A program made the position numbers and the translations under genes. From Candidatus Bathyarchaeia archaeon (GTDB lineage: Archaea; Thermoproteota; Bathyarchaeia; Bathyarchaeales; Bathycorpusculaceae): a stretch of 64,000 nucleotides of DNA. Where the stretch lies: assembly GCA_049512935.1 (NCBI GenBank), contig JBEKWR010000010.1, positions 26,426 to 90,425 of the forward strand, read 5' to 3'. This document shows, one piece after another, positions 28,730 through 38,079 of the stretch (the first letter of the stretch is position 1; each line of letters begins with the position of its first letter). The notes under the pieces are model-generated. The model saw nothing but the letters and a program-made list of their open reading frames with translations, made no database searches and was not told the origin of the DNA.

Positions 28730-29761
28730 CTAACTGCAGAATGTTGCGGCTATTTCGTAGAGCTTCGGATCAACCGTTTTTCGCTTCCCAACAACATCCT
28801 TCAACGCAACCGAAACCATCTTGTTCCCTTTGATCGCGACCATAAAGCCGAATTTGCCCTCTTTCACTAGGTCTATCGCGGCGATTCCGAATCGGGTAGC
28901 AAGAACCCGGTCAAAAGCGATGGGCGAGCCTCCGCGCTGAAGATGACCAAGAACCACCACCCTAGCATCCATGTTTCCGAACCGTTTCTCTATCTCCTTT
29001 CCCAAGTAGTAGCCGATGCCTCCCAGCCTCGCGTGTCCAAACTCGTCCACTCCGCTGCTGTAAACAACCTCTTCACCGCCTTTCGGCTTCGCGCCCTCGG
29101 CAACAATGATCAAGCTGAAGTTTCTACCCCGGTTCTGCCTCTTCGTGATACACTCGTACACTTCTTCAATGTCAAAGGGCTTCTCAGGAATCAAAACAGC
29201 GTCAGCTCCCCCCGCAATCCCAGCCTCTAACGCAATCCAACCCGTATAGCGACCCATAACCTCAAGAATAATCACCCTGTGATGCGCCTCAGCCGTCGTG
29301 TGCAGCCTATCAAGCGCTTCACAAGCAATCGACACCGCCGTTTCAAAACCGAAAGAGTAGTCAGTCCCGACCAAGTCGTTGTCAATCGTTTTTGGGACAC
29401 CAACAACCTTGAGCCCCAACTCGCTAAGCTTGCAGGCTACGCCAAGCGTGTCCTCCCCGCCGATGGCGATGACCGCTTCAATCCCGTTTTTGGAAACGTT
29501 TCTTAGGATGCACTCGGCGCCGTCGTCGCTTTTAAACGGGTTAGTCCTTGACGTGCCCAGAATCGACCCTCCCCTGGGCAGAAGACCAGAAATGTTATCT
29601 AAATCCAAAGGCACAAACTCGCCAGTCAACAGCCCACGCCACCCATCTTTGGCACCGACAACCTCGTACCCGTACTCCTGGATGGCTTTTCTAACGACTG
29701 CTCGTATCACGGCGTTGATTCCCGGCGCGTCTCCGCCGCCAGTCAATACACAGACCTTCAT
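28730..29761 (-). CDS. pfkA: PfkA-family 6-phosphofructokinase, group III, PPi-type signature
   Basis: LTGGGDAPG, GGSILGTSR, GGEDT, PKTIDND, EVMGR, LGHLQRGG. Confidence 0.9.
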   Translation of the reverse strand: MKVCVLTGGGDAPGINAVIRAVVRKAIQEYGYEVVGAKDGWRGLLTGEFVPLDLDNISGLLPRGGSILGTSRTNPFKSDDGAECILRNVSKNGIEAVIAIGGEDTLGVACKLSELGLKVVGVPKTIDNDLVGTDYSFGFETAVSIACEALDRLHTTAEAHHRVIILEVMGRYTGWIALEAGIAGGADAVLIPEKPFDIEEVYECITKRQNRGRNFSLIIVAEGAKPKGGEEVVYSSGVDEFGHARLGGIGYYLGKEIEKRFGNMDARVVVLGHLQRGGSPIAFDRVLATRFGIAAIDLVKEGKFGFMVAIKGNKMVSVALKDVVGKRKTVDPKLYEIAATFCS

Positions 29762-30174
29762 GTCACATTCATCTCGCTCTGAAACATAAGAAAACAGCAT
29801 TACTACTTATGACAGCGCTTATATTAATGCAACTAGACTAAGACGCACAAGAGACTGCCTTGCCAACCGCCTAGCTGAACGCTGGAAAAACGCGCGAAAA
29901 GTCTCCTTTCCAACAGCATACAAGATTTCTTCAGCAAGATTAAAAACTTCGAAGAACTAAGAATTACAGATGCGTCAAAAATGGCTAAAGGCAACTCTTT
30001 CAGGTTTGAAAACGGGAAGGCGCGCATCCACGTCAGGCAAAGAAACGCCAGCGAAAACGCCCACAGGGGAAAATAAAATGGCGAGTTCTGAACGTTTTTT
30101 AACTCAACTTATTCAGCCTTGCCTATTCTGCTCAGCCGCCGAACCAGAAGGCAGCCGCACCTGGAGCTGATAGC

Positions 30175-31233
30175 TTGCAAGAAAAAGCAGTTGTCAAAGT
30201 TCTGGCGGCGTTGCTCATCGTGATTGCCGTCGCCGACGCCTTGGGCGCGTATGCCGTGTACCAATCGGCAACAGCTAGAACCAGCGAAAAACCTGTGCCA
30301 ACGCCCTCAGTCACCCCGATGAAGCCTTCGCCCACTTTACTCACCCCAAGCATAGTCGGGTCACCTTCACCAACACAGTCTCCCAGCCCTACAGTAGCCC
30401 CTACCCCTTCCCCGATTGCTACACCCATACCGACTCCTATTCCTACGGCAATTCAAACGCCGACGGCAACGTCGACTCCCACGTCAACGCCGACGCCTGC
30501 GCCCACCTCAGTTCCAACGCCGACTCCAGTCCCCACTCCAACTCCAGCGCCCATATTGCTTCAAACAGTCAACTGGGCTGGCTACTCCGTAGCATCTGAC
30601 TTTACAAACCCGCAGCCCGAGGTCACGAACGTTAGCGCCTCATGGATTGTCCCGACAGTTACAGCCAATTTAACCGGCAGTTACTACTCCGCCGTATGGA
30701 TCGGCATAGGCGGCCAGTTCAGTAACGATTCCACACTGATCCAATGCGGCACCGAGCAGGATTCAATTCGCGGACGAGCCGAGTATTCCGCTTGGTACGA
30801 GCTTTTACCCAGCTCCACAACAACCATCAATATGACAATTTCGCCCGGTGACCAGATGGAGGCTTGGATCCAGCTTCAAGACGCAACCGCTCATCTATGG
30901 ACCATAAACGTGACTGACACGACAACGGCTCAAACGTTTCAGACAAACGTTACATACGCTTCCAGCCAGTTATCAGCCGAATGGATAGTTGAAAGACCAT
31001 CAACAACGGGCTTTGGAGGGTCTCGGGTAACAAGTCTAGCTGACTTCGGAAACGCAACTTTTACCGACTGCGCCGCGTCGGTTGACGCCGTTACTGGAGC
31101 AGTCAACAGTTTTCCAGTGGAGGAGCTTGTCATGTATTCCACGGTTGGAAACCCGCCTGCTCAACTTACCGACGTCTCTGACCTTACCCCTGACGGCACA
31201 TCCTTCACGGTAACGTACTTGGCTTCTGGATAA
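30175..31233 (+). CDS. Membrane-tethered glutamic peptidase, family G1 (eqolisin), with P/T-rich stalk
   Basis: NWAGY, SASWIVP, SAVWIGIGG, LIQCGT (catalytic Gln), AWYE, SAEWIVE (catalytic Glu). Confidence 0.85.
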   Translation: MQEKAVVKVLAALLIVIAVADALGAYAVYQSATARTSEKPVPTPSVTPMKPSPTLLTPSIVGSPSPTQSPSPTVAPTPSPIATPIPTPIPTAIQTPTATSTPTSTPTPAPTSVPTPTPVPTPTPAPILLQTVNWAGYSVASDFTNPQPEVTNVSASWIVPTVTANLTGSYYSAVWIGIGGQFSNDSTLIQCGTEQDSIRGRAEYSAWYELLPSSTTTINMTISPGDQMEAWIQLQDATAHLWTINVTDTTTAQTFQTNVTYASSQLSAEWIVERPSTTGFGGSRVTSLADFGNATFTDCAASVDAVTGAVNSFPVEELVMYSTVGNPPAQLTDVSDLTPDGTSFTVTYLASG

Positions 31234-31359
31234 AGTAACCCTTCAACCCGCAAGGGTGATGAAAAAAAGGGTTGCAGCCTCGTAAATCTGAAACGAAAAG
31301 GCTTCATGACAAAAAGCAAAGAAGTGAAAGAATGGGGTTGGAGCAAAAGCTCCTGTTTT

Positions 31360-32295
31360 CTAAAATATCCTCTTGCCGCAGAATGGACACATGGTTTGGT
31401 CGCTTCGGACGGATCTTCTGCAGTTAGGACAAGTCTTCGAGTAAACTGACGAGCCTCTGTAACTTGACGGCGTTGACCTGGGGCTGGAAGTTGAAGATTG
31501 CCCGTACCGCGAGTAACTTGACGACCTAGCGCCGCTTGAAGGCTGATTGAAACGTGCGTACACCGAAGAGCTTGACGACTCCTGCCTGTAGCTGGGGCTT
31601 GGAGCCTGATTGAAAGCGGGTCCGACTTCGGGTCTGGACGGCGCAGGAGCAGGCTCTGGTCCGTAACGTGGACGTTCCTCATCAAGCAACGTTTTCCGCT
31701 TGCCTCGTCCCCTGTAAAGGAGCGCGGCTGGAATTGCGCAGGCAACCACAACCACGGCGATTATGCCGATTAATAGCGATGACCCGATTCCGCTTCCGCT
31801 CGCGGTTGGAGCCAAAGTGGGCTGATACGTGACCCATGGTGTTGGCGTCGGGGCGGCTGAAGGCTGTTGTGTTGGCGCGGGAGTAGTAGTTGTGGTTGAT
31901 GAAGAACTTGCGGCGCCTGAGGTTACAGTGAACAGCCCAGTTGCAGTATAAGGGGGCACAGCATTATCCTGAGCCGAAATGGAGGAGGCGCCTAAACTTG
32001 CGTCGCCGGGTATTTCAGCCTTTACGTTCAAGTTTCCAGAATTATCAGCTGTTGCTGAAGTCATAGTCTCTGTTCCACCAAAAACGATGTACACCGAACC
32101 GCCTGGAATAAATCCTGATGCCGTCACAGTGACCATTTGACCCGGTGGGCCTTCATCGGGAGTGATTGTCAAAGGCGCATCGGCTTTAGCTACGGGCGCC
32201 ACAGACGCCGCTGAAGCTAAAACAGTAAGAACCAATAACACAAGTATTAATGCGCCTGATTTTCTCTTCAAACCTGTAAAGGCTTTTCCCAGCAT
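31360..32295 (-). CDS. Single-pass membrane protein: Ig-like ectodomain, cytoplasmic zinc ribbon
   Basis: Signal peptide, LTITPDEGPPG..VTVTASGF, T/P linker, TM and C-terminal CPNC-X10-CPFCG. Confidence 0.75.
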   Translation of the reverse strand: MLGKAFTGLKRKSGALILVLLVLTVLASAASVAPVAKADAPLTITPDEGPPGQMVTVTASGFIPGGSVYIVFGGTETMTSATADNSGNLNVKAEIPGDASLGASSISAQDNAVPPYTATGLFTVTSGAASSSSTTTTTPAPTQQPSAAPTPTPWVTYQPTLAPTASGSGIGSSLLIGIIAVVVVACAIPAALLYRGRGKRKTLLDEERPRYGPEPAPAPSRPEVGPAFNQAPSPSYRQESSSSSVYARFNQPSSGARSSSYSRYGQSSTSSPRSTPSSYRGSSVYSKTCPNCRRSVRSDQTMCPFCGKRIF

Positions 32296-32512
32296 GAACT
32301 CTCCCCGATTGGTAAGGGTTCACTTGCTTATTTAACACTTTGCAAAAAACACGTTGAAAAAAAGCACGGTATCCACGAGTGCAAAACCGCAAATTCGCCA
32401 TTTTCGCGTCTCTGCCCACCGCTGGGGAACACTTAACAGTCGAGCTTGCAACGCCAGCTCCCATAGGCAACTCTTCAAGTCTTAAAGCTCGTTTACTCAA
32501 AGAAGAGCGTCG

Positions 32513-33514
32513 TTAAGAGAGCTGCTCCAAGGTTTGAGAGTCTTCCTTCAAGATTGGGCGTCCATCCTGGTAGGAACACTTAAGCCCGAATTTCTTAACG
32601 CAGTCAAGGCAGAGAACGGGGTCGCAAAGCGTCGTGCTCAAGTACTTTTCGCCGCCGTCAGGAGCAATCGCAACGATAACCCCTTTCTCCAGCTCCCTTG
32701 CTTTCTTAGCCGCAACAGAGAAAATGGCGCCTGAACTTGAACCCACAAAGATTCCCTCCTGCAAAGCAAGCAGCCGCGCCGCTTCGTCGGCTTGCCTCGG
32801 GTGAACATAATGAATCTCGTCTACAAGCTCTTGCCTCCAGATGGCGGGAACATGCTGGCTGGTCAAATCCTTCAATCCTTGAATCGCCGTTTTCGGCTCA
32901 GGCTGAACAGCAATCACCTTCACGTCTGGATTGTACTCTTTAAGCCGTTTCGAAACACCCATCAACGTGCCGCCTGTCCCGATGCCTGCCACGAAATGCG
33001 TTACCTGCCCTTCCGTGTCACGCCATATTTCCTCGCCAGTCGTCTGATAATGCGCCAAAACGTTAGCGTCGTTAGCGAACTGGTTAGGCATGAAATACTT
33101 GTCGCCGCCGCGGTTCACGATTTCATGAGCCAAATCCTCCGCGCCATCCATCCCTTTCGCGCCGTCGCTGAGAAGAATCTGGGCGCCCAACGCGATTAAG
33201 ATTTGGCGTCTCTCCAAGCTCATGATTTCAGGCATCACCAAAACCAAGTTGTACCCCTTCGCGCGGCAAACCAAGGCTAACCCTATTCCAGTGTTACCGC
33301 TTGTGGGTTCAATAACCGTTTTCTCCCGCGTCAGCTTCCCCGACTTCTCCGCCTCCTCAATCATGTACTTGGCGATTCTGTCTTTAACTGAACCGCCTGG
33401 ATTGTGCTTCTCAAGCTTAACGTACATCTCCACGTTGGGGTTAAGGTTAAGCTGATTGATTTTCACCATCGGAGTGTCCCCGATGAGATCAAGGATACTT
33501 GCTACTTTCATCAA
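32513..33514 (-). CDS. PLP-dependent cysteine synthase family protein
   Basis: KLEKHNPGGSVKDR (PLP Lys), PTSGNTG, GIGTGGT, PDGGEKYLST. Confidence 0.9.
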   Translation of the reverse strand: MMKVASILDLIGDTPMVKINQLNLNPNVEMYVKLEKHNPGGSVKDRIAKYMIEEAEKSGKLTREKTVIEPTSGNTGIGLALVCRAKGYNLVLVMPEIMSLERRQILIALGAQILLSDGAKGMDGAEDLAHEIVNRGGDKYFMPNQFANDANVLAHYQTTGEEIWRDTEGQVTHFVAGIGTGGTLMGVSKRLKEYNPDVKVIAVQPEPKTAIQGLKDLTSQHVPAIWRQELVDEIHYVHPRQADEAARLLALQEGIFVGSSSGAIFSVAAKKARELEKGVIVAIAPDGGEKYLSTTLCDPVLCLDCVKKFGLKCSYQDGRPILKEDSQTLEQLS

Positions 33515-33651
33515 AAGCGCCGCCTAAATACAACATAATACCTATGCCTAAATCGCCTTAAAACCTTACGCACGCCCAGTTTAGCCATCAATAAACACAA
33601 CTCGCTAAAGCGAAATAAAGGTTAAGGCAAGAATCTGCATCAAGCGTGCGC

Positions 33652-34089
33652 TCATCGGCTGTTGTCGGCTAATGGATATCTGCTCATAGCTGCGAGCATT
33701 ACTTCACTGAATGATTTTTTGCTGAGGTGCCTGGCAAAATCTGAAGTGGCTATTATACCAACCAAAACGTTTTTCTTCGTAACTGGGAGTCGCCTGATTT
33801 TGTACTTGACCATTTTCCTCGCGGCATCTCTGAGTGAGGCGTCCTCCTCGATTGTTATGAGCGGATTAGACATTACTTCAGATACTTTAGTATCAAGCGA
33901 TTTTTTCTGCGCCAGTACCCTTCTAACTAAGTCTCTTTCAGTAACTATGCCCTTAGCCACAACGCCATCCATTACCACAAGGTCACCGACGTCTTGTTGA
34001 TGCATTAGTTTTGCAGCTTGAAGCACCGTTCCTTGAACTTCGATTGTGATGACATTCGTTGTCATAAAATCTTTTACTGCTGGCATCAT
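33652..34089 (-). CDS. CBS-pair protein
   Basis: VKDFMT, GIVTERDLV, VSEVMS.PLITI, IRRLPV. Confidence 0.9.
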   Translation of the reverse strand: MMPAVKDFMTTNVITIEVQGTVLQAAKLMHQQDVGDLVVMDGVVAKGIVTERDLVRRVLAQKKSLDTKVSEVMSNPLITIEEDASLRDAARKMVKYKIRRLPVTKKNVLVGIIATSDFARHLSKKSFSEVMLAAMSRYPLADNSR

Positions 34090-34278
34090 TTACAAAGTCT
34101 GTAGCCAATAGTATAAAAGTGTTGTGACGTGAACTTGTAGGTAGAAAACTCATAAAGTTACTACTCAGTACAATGCAGTCGAAACTGCCAAAGATTCTTT
34201 TATGAACCGATTTCGTTCCGAAAATACTCGTAATCTGTGATCAATATGCCAAAGTAAACTCAATTTCGTGTTAATGTG

Positions 34279-34431
34279 TGGTGCTGAGGGCAGGATTCGA
34301 ACCTGCGAACCCCTGCGGGAAAGGATTTCCCATCTGGAGCCCATTACAGGCCAAATGTTAGATCTTGAGTCCTTAGTGGAACACGCACAGCGCGCATTCT
34401 TTCACCTTTGACCTGGCTTGGTTACCTCAGC
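34279..34431 (-). tRNA. tRNA-Leu(CAA) with two introns (28/29: 34373-34400; 37/38: 34327-34363) and encoded CCA
   Basis: Spliced sequence GCTGAGGTAACCAAGCCAGGTCAAAGGTGAAGGACTCAAGATCCTTTCCCGCAGGGGTTCGCAGGTTCGAATCCTGCCCTCAGCACCA folds as a long-variable-arm tRNA. Both introns form bulge-helix-bulge-type junctions. Confidence 0.93.
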
Positions 34432-34494
34432 CCGATGCAAGCCTAAAATGTCTGGGTTCTGTCTTATTAATCATTTCCATCCGCAGCTAGCGTG

Positions 34495-36279
34495 TTAGAT
34501 AACTTTTTCTAAGTCAGCGATGAAGCGTTCGAACACTTTTAAGCCGCCGTTCCAGAAGCTTGGGTCAGCCACGTTTAAGCCCACGATTTTGCCGATTTCC
34601 ATGGGTGACACGCTGCTGCCCGCCGACAACGCCGCTTCCAGCTTTGGCACAAACGCCTTGCCCTCCTCTAGGTGCCGCTCGTACAGCGAGTAGACGAACA
34701 TTTGGGCGTAGACGTAGGGGTAGTTGTAGAATCGGTAATTCGCCATGTAATAGTGCGGCTTCATCGCCCATTCTGCCTCCATTTCGGGGAACCATGTGAC
34801 TGCGTCGCCGAAGATGCGGTCCCGCGCCGCCGTCCAATGCCTGCAAATGGTCGGGTAATCCACGTATTCGCCTTTCTGAATGCTGCTGTAGAGCGCCTGC
34901 TCGAACCAGACGCGCGCGGTGACCTGGAACGTTGTCATGCCTGCCTCGTCGAGAACTTGGCACAAAATAGCTTTTTGTTCTTGGTCAGATTTTGTTTCGC
35001 TCAGAAGCAGGTCGGTTAGAAGCAACTCGCCGAATATGGATGCGGTCTCCGCCACGGTGGACGGAACAGCTGTGTTCATGAGAGTTTGACTCCGAGACAT
35101 GTAATAGTCATGGGTCGCATGTCCCAACTCGTGAGCTAACGTGTAAACGTCGTCTATGGCACCGTTGAAACTGTCCAGAACAAACGCGGATTTGCCTCGG
35201 TACCAGCTTGCACAGAACGCGCCGTTGCGTTTGCCAAATCGCGGCGTGGCGTCAATGCGGCGTTTCGCAAACATCTCTTTGACTGCGGCGGCGTATTCTT
35301 CGTCAAAGTGGCTATAGGCACGTATAACGAGGCTTCGGGCTTCTTCAAACGCGAACTTTAGCTCAGGCGCATCGGGCAGGGGCGCAACGATGTCGTGGTT
35401 TCCGAGGACGGGCAGGTTCATGAGTTTAGCTTTCAGTTTCAGGTAACGACGGTATGTGCCCGCGTTTTCCTCTATTGCCCGAAGCAGATTCTCCACAATT
35501 GCCTGTTCGACGTCATTATTCATGAGGCTGGACTCCATCGGCGTCGCGTATTTTCTACGCTGCGAAACCGTGACCCAGTCGTTGCAGATGCTGCGCAGGG
35601 CTGAAGCGAAGATTTCGCCGTCTCTGCCAAGCAACCCGTAAATCGAGCGGTTCGCGGATTCCCGTGTTGCTCTGTCAGGGTGAGACAGCAGCCCGTTGGC
35701 TTCGCCGTAGCTGAGCTTTTTCTTCTCGCCTGCCACGACAATGTCGAACATGCGGGTGTTTAGCCATTTGCTTTGCAGTTCTTCCCACGCTTGCACGCCG
35801 AACTGGTCCTTTTCGATGATAAGCTGCTCCTCCACCTCGCTCAACTGGTGAGCTACGCGGCGCTGGACGCGCTCCAGCATGTGGCGGTACCCAGCCAAAA
35901 CTGGGTCGGCAACGATTTCGGGCTTATCTTTCACGAGCGCGCCGAGTTCCAGCGAAAAGAACGCCAGCTGCTTGCCCAGCTGCGCCTCAAACTTGCTCAC
36001 TTTGTCGTAGAGCGCCTGCACATCTGGCAACGTCATGTTAGCTGAAAAAGACAAGCCCGCAAAAAGCGAGACGTCACCCAGCTTAACATCGAAAGCCTCC
36101 AGTTCATGAATGCACCGGAGCAGGCTGGCTGAGTCAAGAGAGGCTATTTTTCCGCGGTATGACTTCTCGAAAGCATCCGCAAACGTTTTGGCTTCGTTAA
36201 GTGCTTTTTCAACGGATGGGTCGTTGACGCTTGGGAAAAGCTCCGTTAGATCCCATGTTACTTCTTGCTTGCTGGTCAT
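34495..36279 (-). CDS. pepF: M3B oligoendopeptidase F
   Basis: WDLTELF, GKRNGAFC, TLAHELGHATH, AETASIFGE, PHYY..FYNYPY. Confidence 0.92.
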   Translation of the reverse strand: MTSKQEVTWDLTELFPSVNDPSVEKALNEAKTFADAFEKSYRGKIASLDSASLLRCIHELEAFDVKLGDVSLFAGLSFSANMTLPDVQALYDKVSKFEAQLGKQLAFFSLELGALVKDKPEIVADPVLAGYRHMLERVQRRVAHQLSEVEEQLIIEKDQFGVQAWEELQSKWLNTRMFDIVVAGEKKKLSYGEANGLLSHPDRATRESANRSIYGLLGRDGEIFASALRSICNDWVTVSQRRKYATPMESSLMNNDVEQAIVENLLRAIEENAGTYRRYLKLKAKLMNLPVLGNHDIVAPLPDAPELKFAFEEARSLVIRAYSHFDEEYAAAVKEMFAKRRIDATPRFGKRNGAFCASWYRGKSAFVLDSFNGAIDDVYTLAHELGHATHDYYMSRSQTLMNTAVPSTVAETASIFGELLLTDLLLSETKSDQEQKAILCQVLDEAGMTTFQVTARVWFEQALYSSIQKGEYVDYPTICRHWTAARDRIFGDAVTWFPEMEAEWAMKPHYYMANYRFYNYPYVYAQMFVYSLYERHLEEGKAFVPKLEAALSAGSSVSPMEIGKIVGLNVADPSFWNGGLKVFERFIADLEKVI

Positions 36280-36414
36280 TTTGATTCACTTTATAATAAG
36301 ATTAAATTCCACGGGGCTATTTTGGGGTTTCCTGTCTCTTAATTCCTCGCATTAATCATTTCCTGCTACCGCAAAAGTAAAAGCGTTGCACCAACGATAC
36401 AATAGGGAACACGC

Positions 36415-37296
36415 ATGCACACAGGACACAAAATAATCCTCGGCAACAGCCAGCAAATGCCTGAACTAGCCGACGGCAGCGTCCACTTGATGGTTACTTC
36501 TCCGCCTTACCCCATGATAAAAATGTGGGACAACCTCTTCATTGACGCAGACCCAAGGATTGGGGCGCTGTGGCGGAAACTGGAGGCGGACGGCGAAGAC
36601 GATGCGGTCACGCAAATTTACGACGCGATGCACCTTTACCTAGGGGAGGTTTGGCGTGAAACATTTCGCGTTCTTTGCGACGGTGGAATCGCATGCATAA
36701 ACATCGGCGACGCGACCCGCACAGTCAACGGGAAATTCAAGCTTTTTCCCAACCACGCCCGAATCTTGGAGATTTGCGAGAAAATCGGCTTCACCACGCT
36801 GCCTTACATCCTGTGGAAGAAGCCCACGACGAAACCGACGTACAAGGGCAAAGGCGCTTTCCTCGGCTCAGGCTTCCTGCCGCCGAATGCTTATGTCACG
36901 CTTGACTGCGAATTCATCCTGCTTTTCCGCAAGGGCAACCTGCGCAAATTCCCTCCACATGACCCGATACGGTACGGCAGCGTCTTCACCAAGCCCCAGC
37001 GGGACGAGTGGTTCAGCCAAATCTGGGCTTTGAAAGGAACGCGGCAGACGTCAAGCGAGTTGGAAAGAAGGACCGCGGCTTACCCCGACGAAATCGCCGA
37101 CCGCCTCATCAAAATGTTCAGCATCAAAGGCGACACAGTACTTGACCCGTTTCTGGGCTCAGGCACTACGACAAAGGCAGCAATGCAGAACGAACGCGAC
37201 AGCATTGGGTATGAGGCAGATCAAAATCTGCTTCCAATCATAAGTAAAAAAATAGGCGAAAGCAACACTGCAGGCATGAAGATAATCAAACGCTAA
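36415..37296 (+). CDS. Beta-class N4-cytosine/N6-adenine DNA methyltransferase (orphan)
   Basis: TSPPY near the N-terminus and VLDPFLGSGTT near the C-terminus. No adjacent endonuclease. Confidence 0.88.
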   Translation: MHTGHKIILGNSQQMPELADGSVHLMVTSPPYPMIKMWDNLFIDADPRIGALWRKLEADGEDDAVTQIYDAMHLYLGEVWRETFRVLCDGGIACINIGDATRTVNGKFKLFPNHARILEICEKIGFTTLPYILWKKPTTKPTYKGKGAFLGSGFLPPNAYVTLDCEFILLFRKGNLRKFPPHDPIRYGSVFTKPQRDEWFSQIWALKGTRQTSSELERRTAAYPDEIADRLIKMFSIKGDTVLDPFLGSGTTTKAAMQNERDSIGYEADQNLLPIISKKIGESNTAGMKIIKR

Positions 37297-37365
37297 GCCA
37301 GAAAAATGAAGCATAATTTATAATATGTCGGTTAGTATAGGTTATCGGAAGTTTCATTGGTGTGA

Positions 37366-37599
<234 letters not shown>

Positions 37600-37613
37600 G
37601 TTGGGTGCAATAG

Positions 37614-37970
37614 TTGCCTCATTTGCTCATTGACGAGAGCGTAACAAGAGACATCAAGGAATGGCTAAAGAAGCACGGCTTCGATGCAGTAAACGTTTCG
37701 GGTACTAACCTCAAGGGTGCAAATGACCAAGAAATAGCTGATTACGCGGCAAAAAACAATTTGACCATTCTGACGCTTGATACTGACTTTGCGCAAATTT
37801 ATCATAACTCCCCAAAGGGTACGCTTGGCGTCATAGTAATAAGAGTGAGCCACTCAACACCAGCTTCCATCCTCGAAACGCTAACTCGAGCACACCAAAA
37901 AATAAACCTAAAGAAAACGCACAACCAACTAATCATTATAACACAAAGGAAAATACGAATAATCAGTTAG
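37614..37970 (+). CDS. DUF5615 PIN-like toxin (VapC45-like), paired with DUF433
   Basis: LLIDESV, GANDQEI..YA..N..TILTLDTDF, GVIVIR. Confidence 0.85.
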   Translation: MPHLLIDESVTRDIKEWLKKHGFDAVNVSGTNLKGANDQEIADYAAKNNLTILTLDTDFAQIYHNSPKGTLGVIVIRVSHSTPASILETLTRAHQKINLKKTHNQLIIITQRKIRIIS

Positions 37971-38079
37971 ATGCCTTCGTCGATAAAGTCTTTAATGCAG
38001 CTTCATTGAGTGGAAGGCAAAAGAGCAGTGGTGATTTGCCATACATGCTTTAAAAGCATTAGAATTTCTTGATTTCAAG

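Noticed and set aside
30290-30550. Low-complexity C/A-rich repeats
   Set aside because: They encode the Pro/Thr linker of the G1 peptidase.
34279-34310. tRNA 3' end as an integration site
   Set aside because: I found no duplicate of the tRNA 3' end and no integrase in the window.
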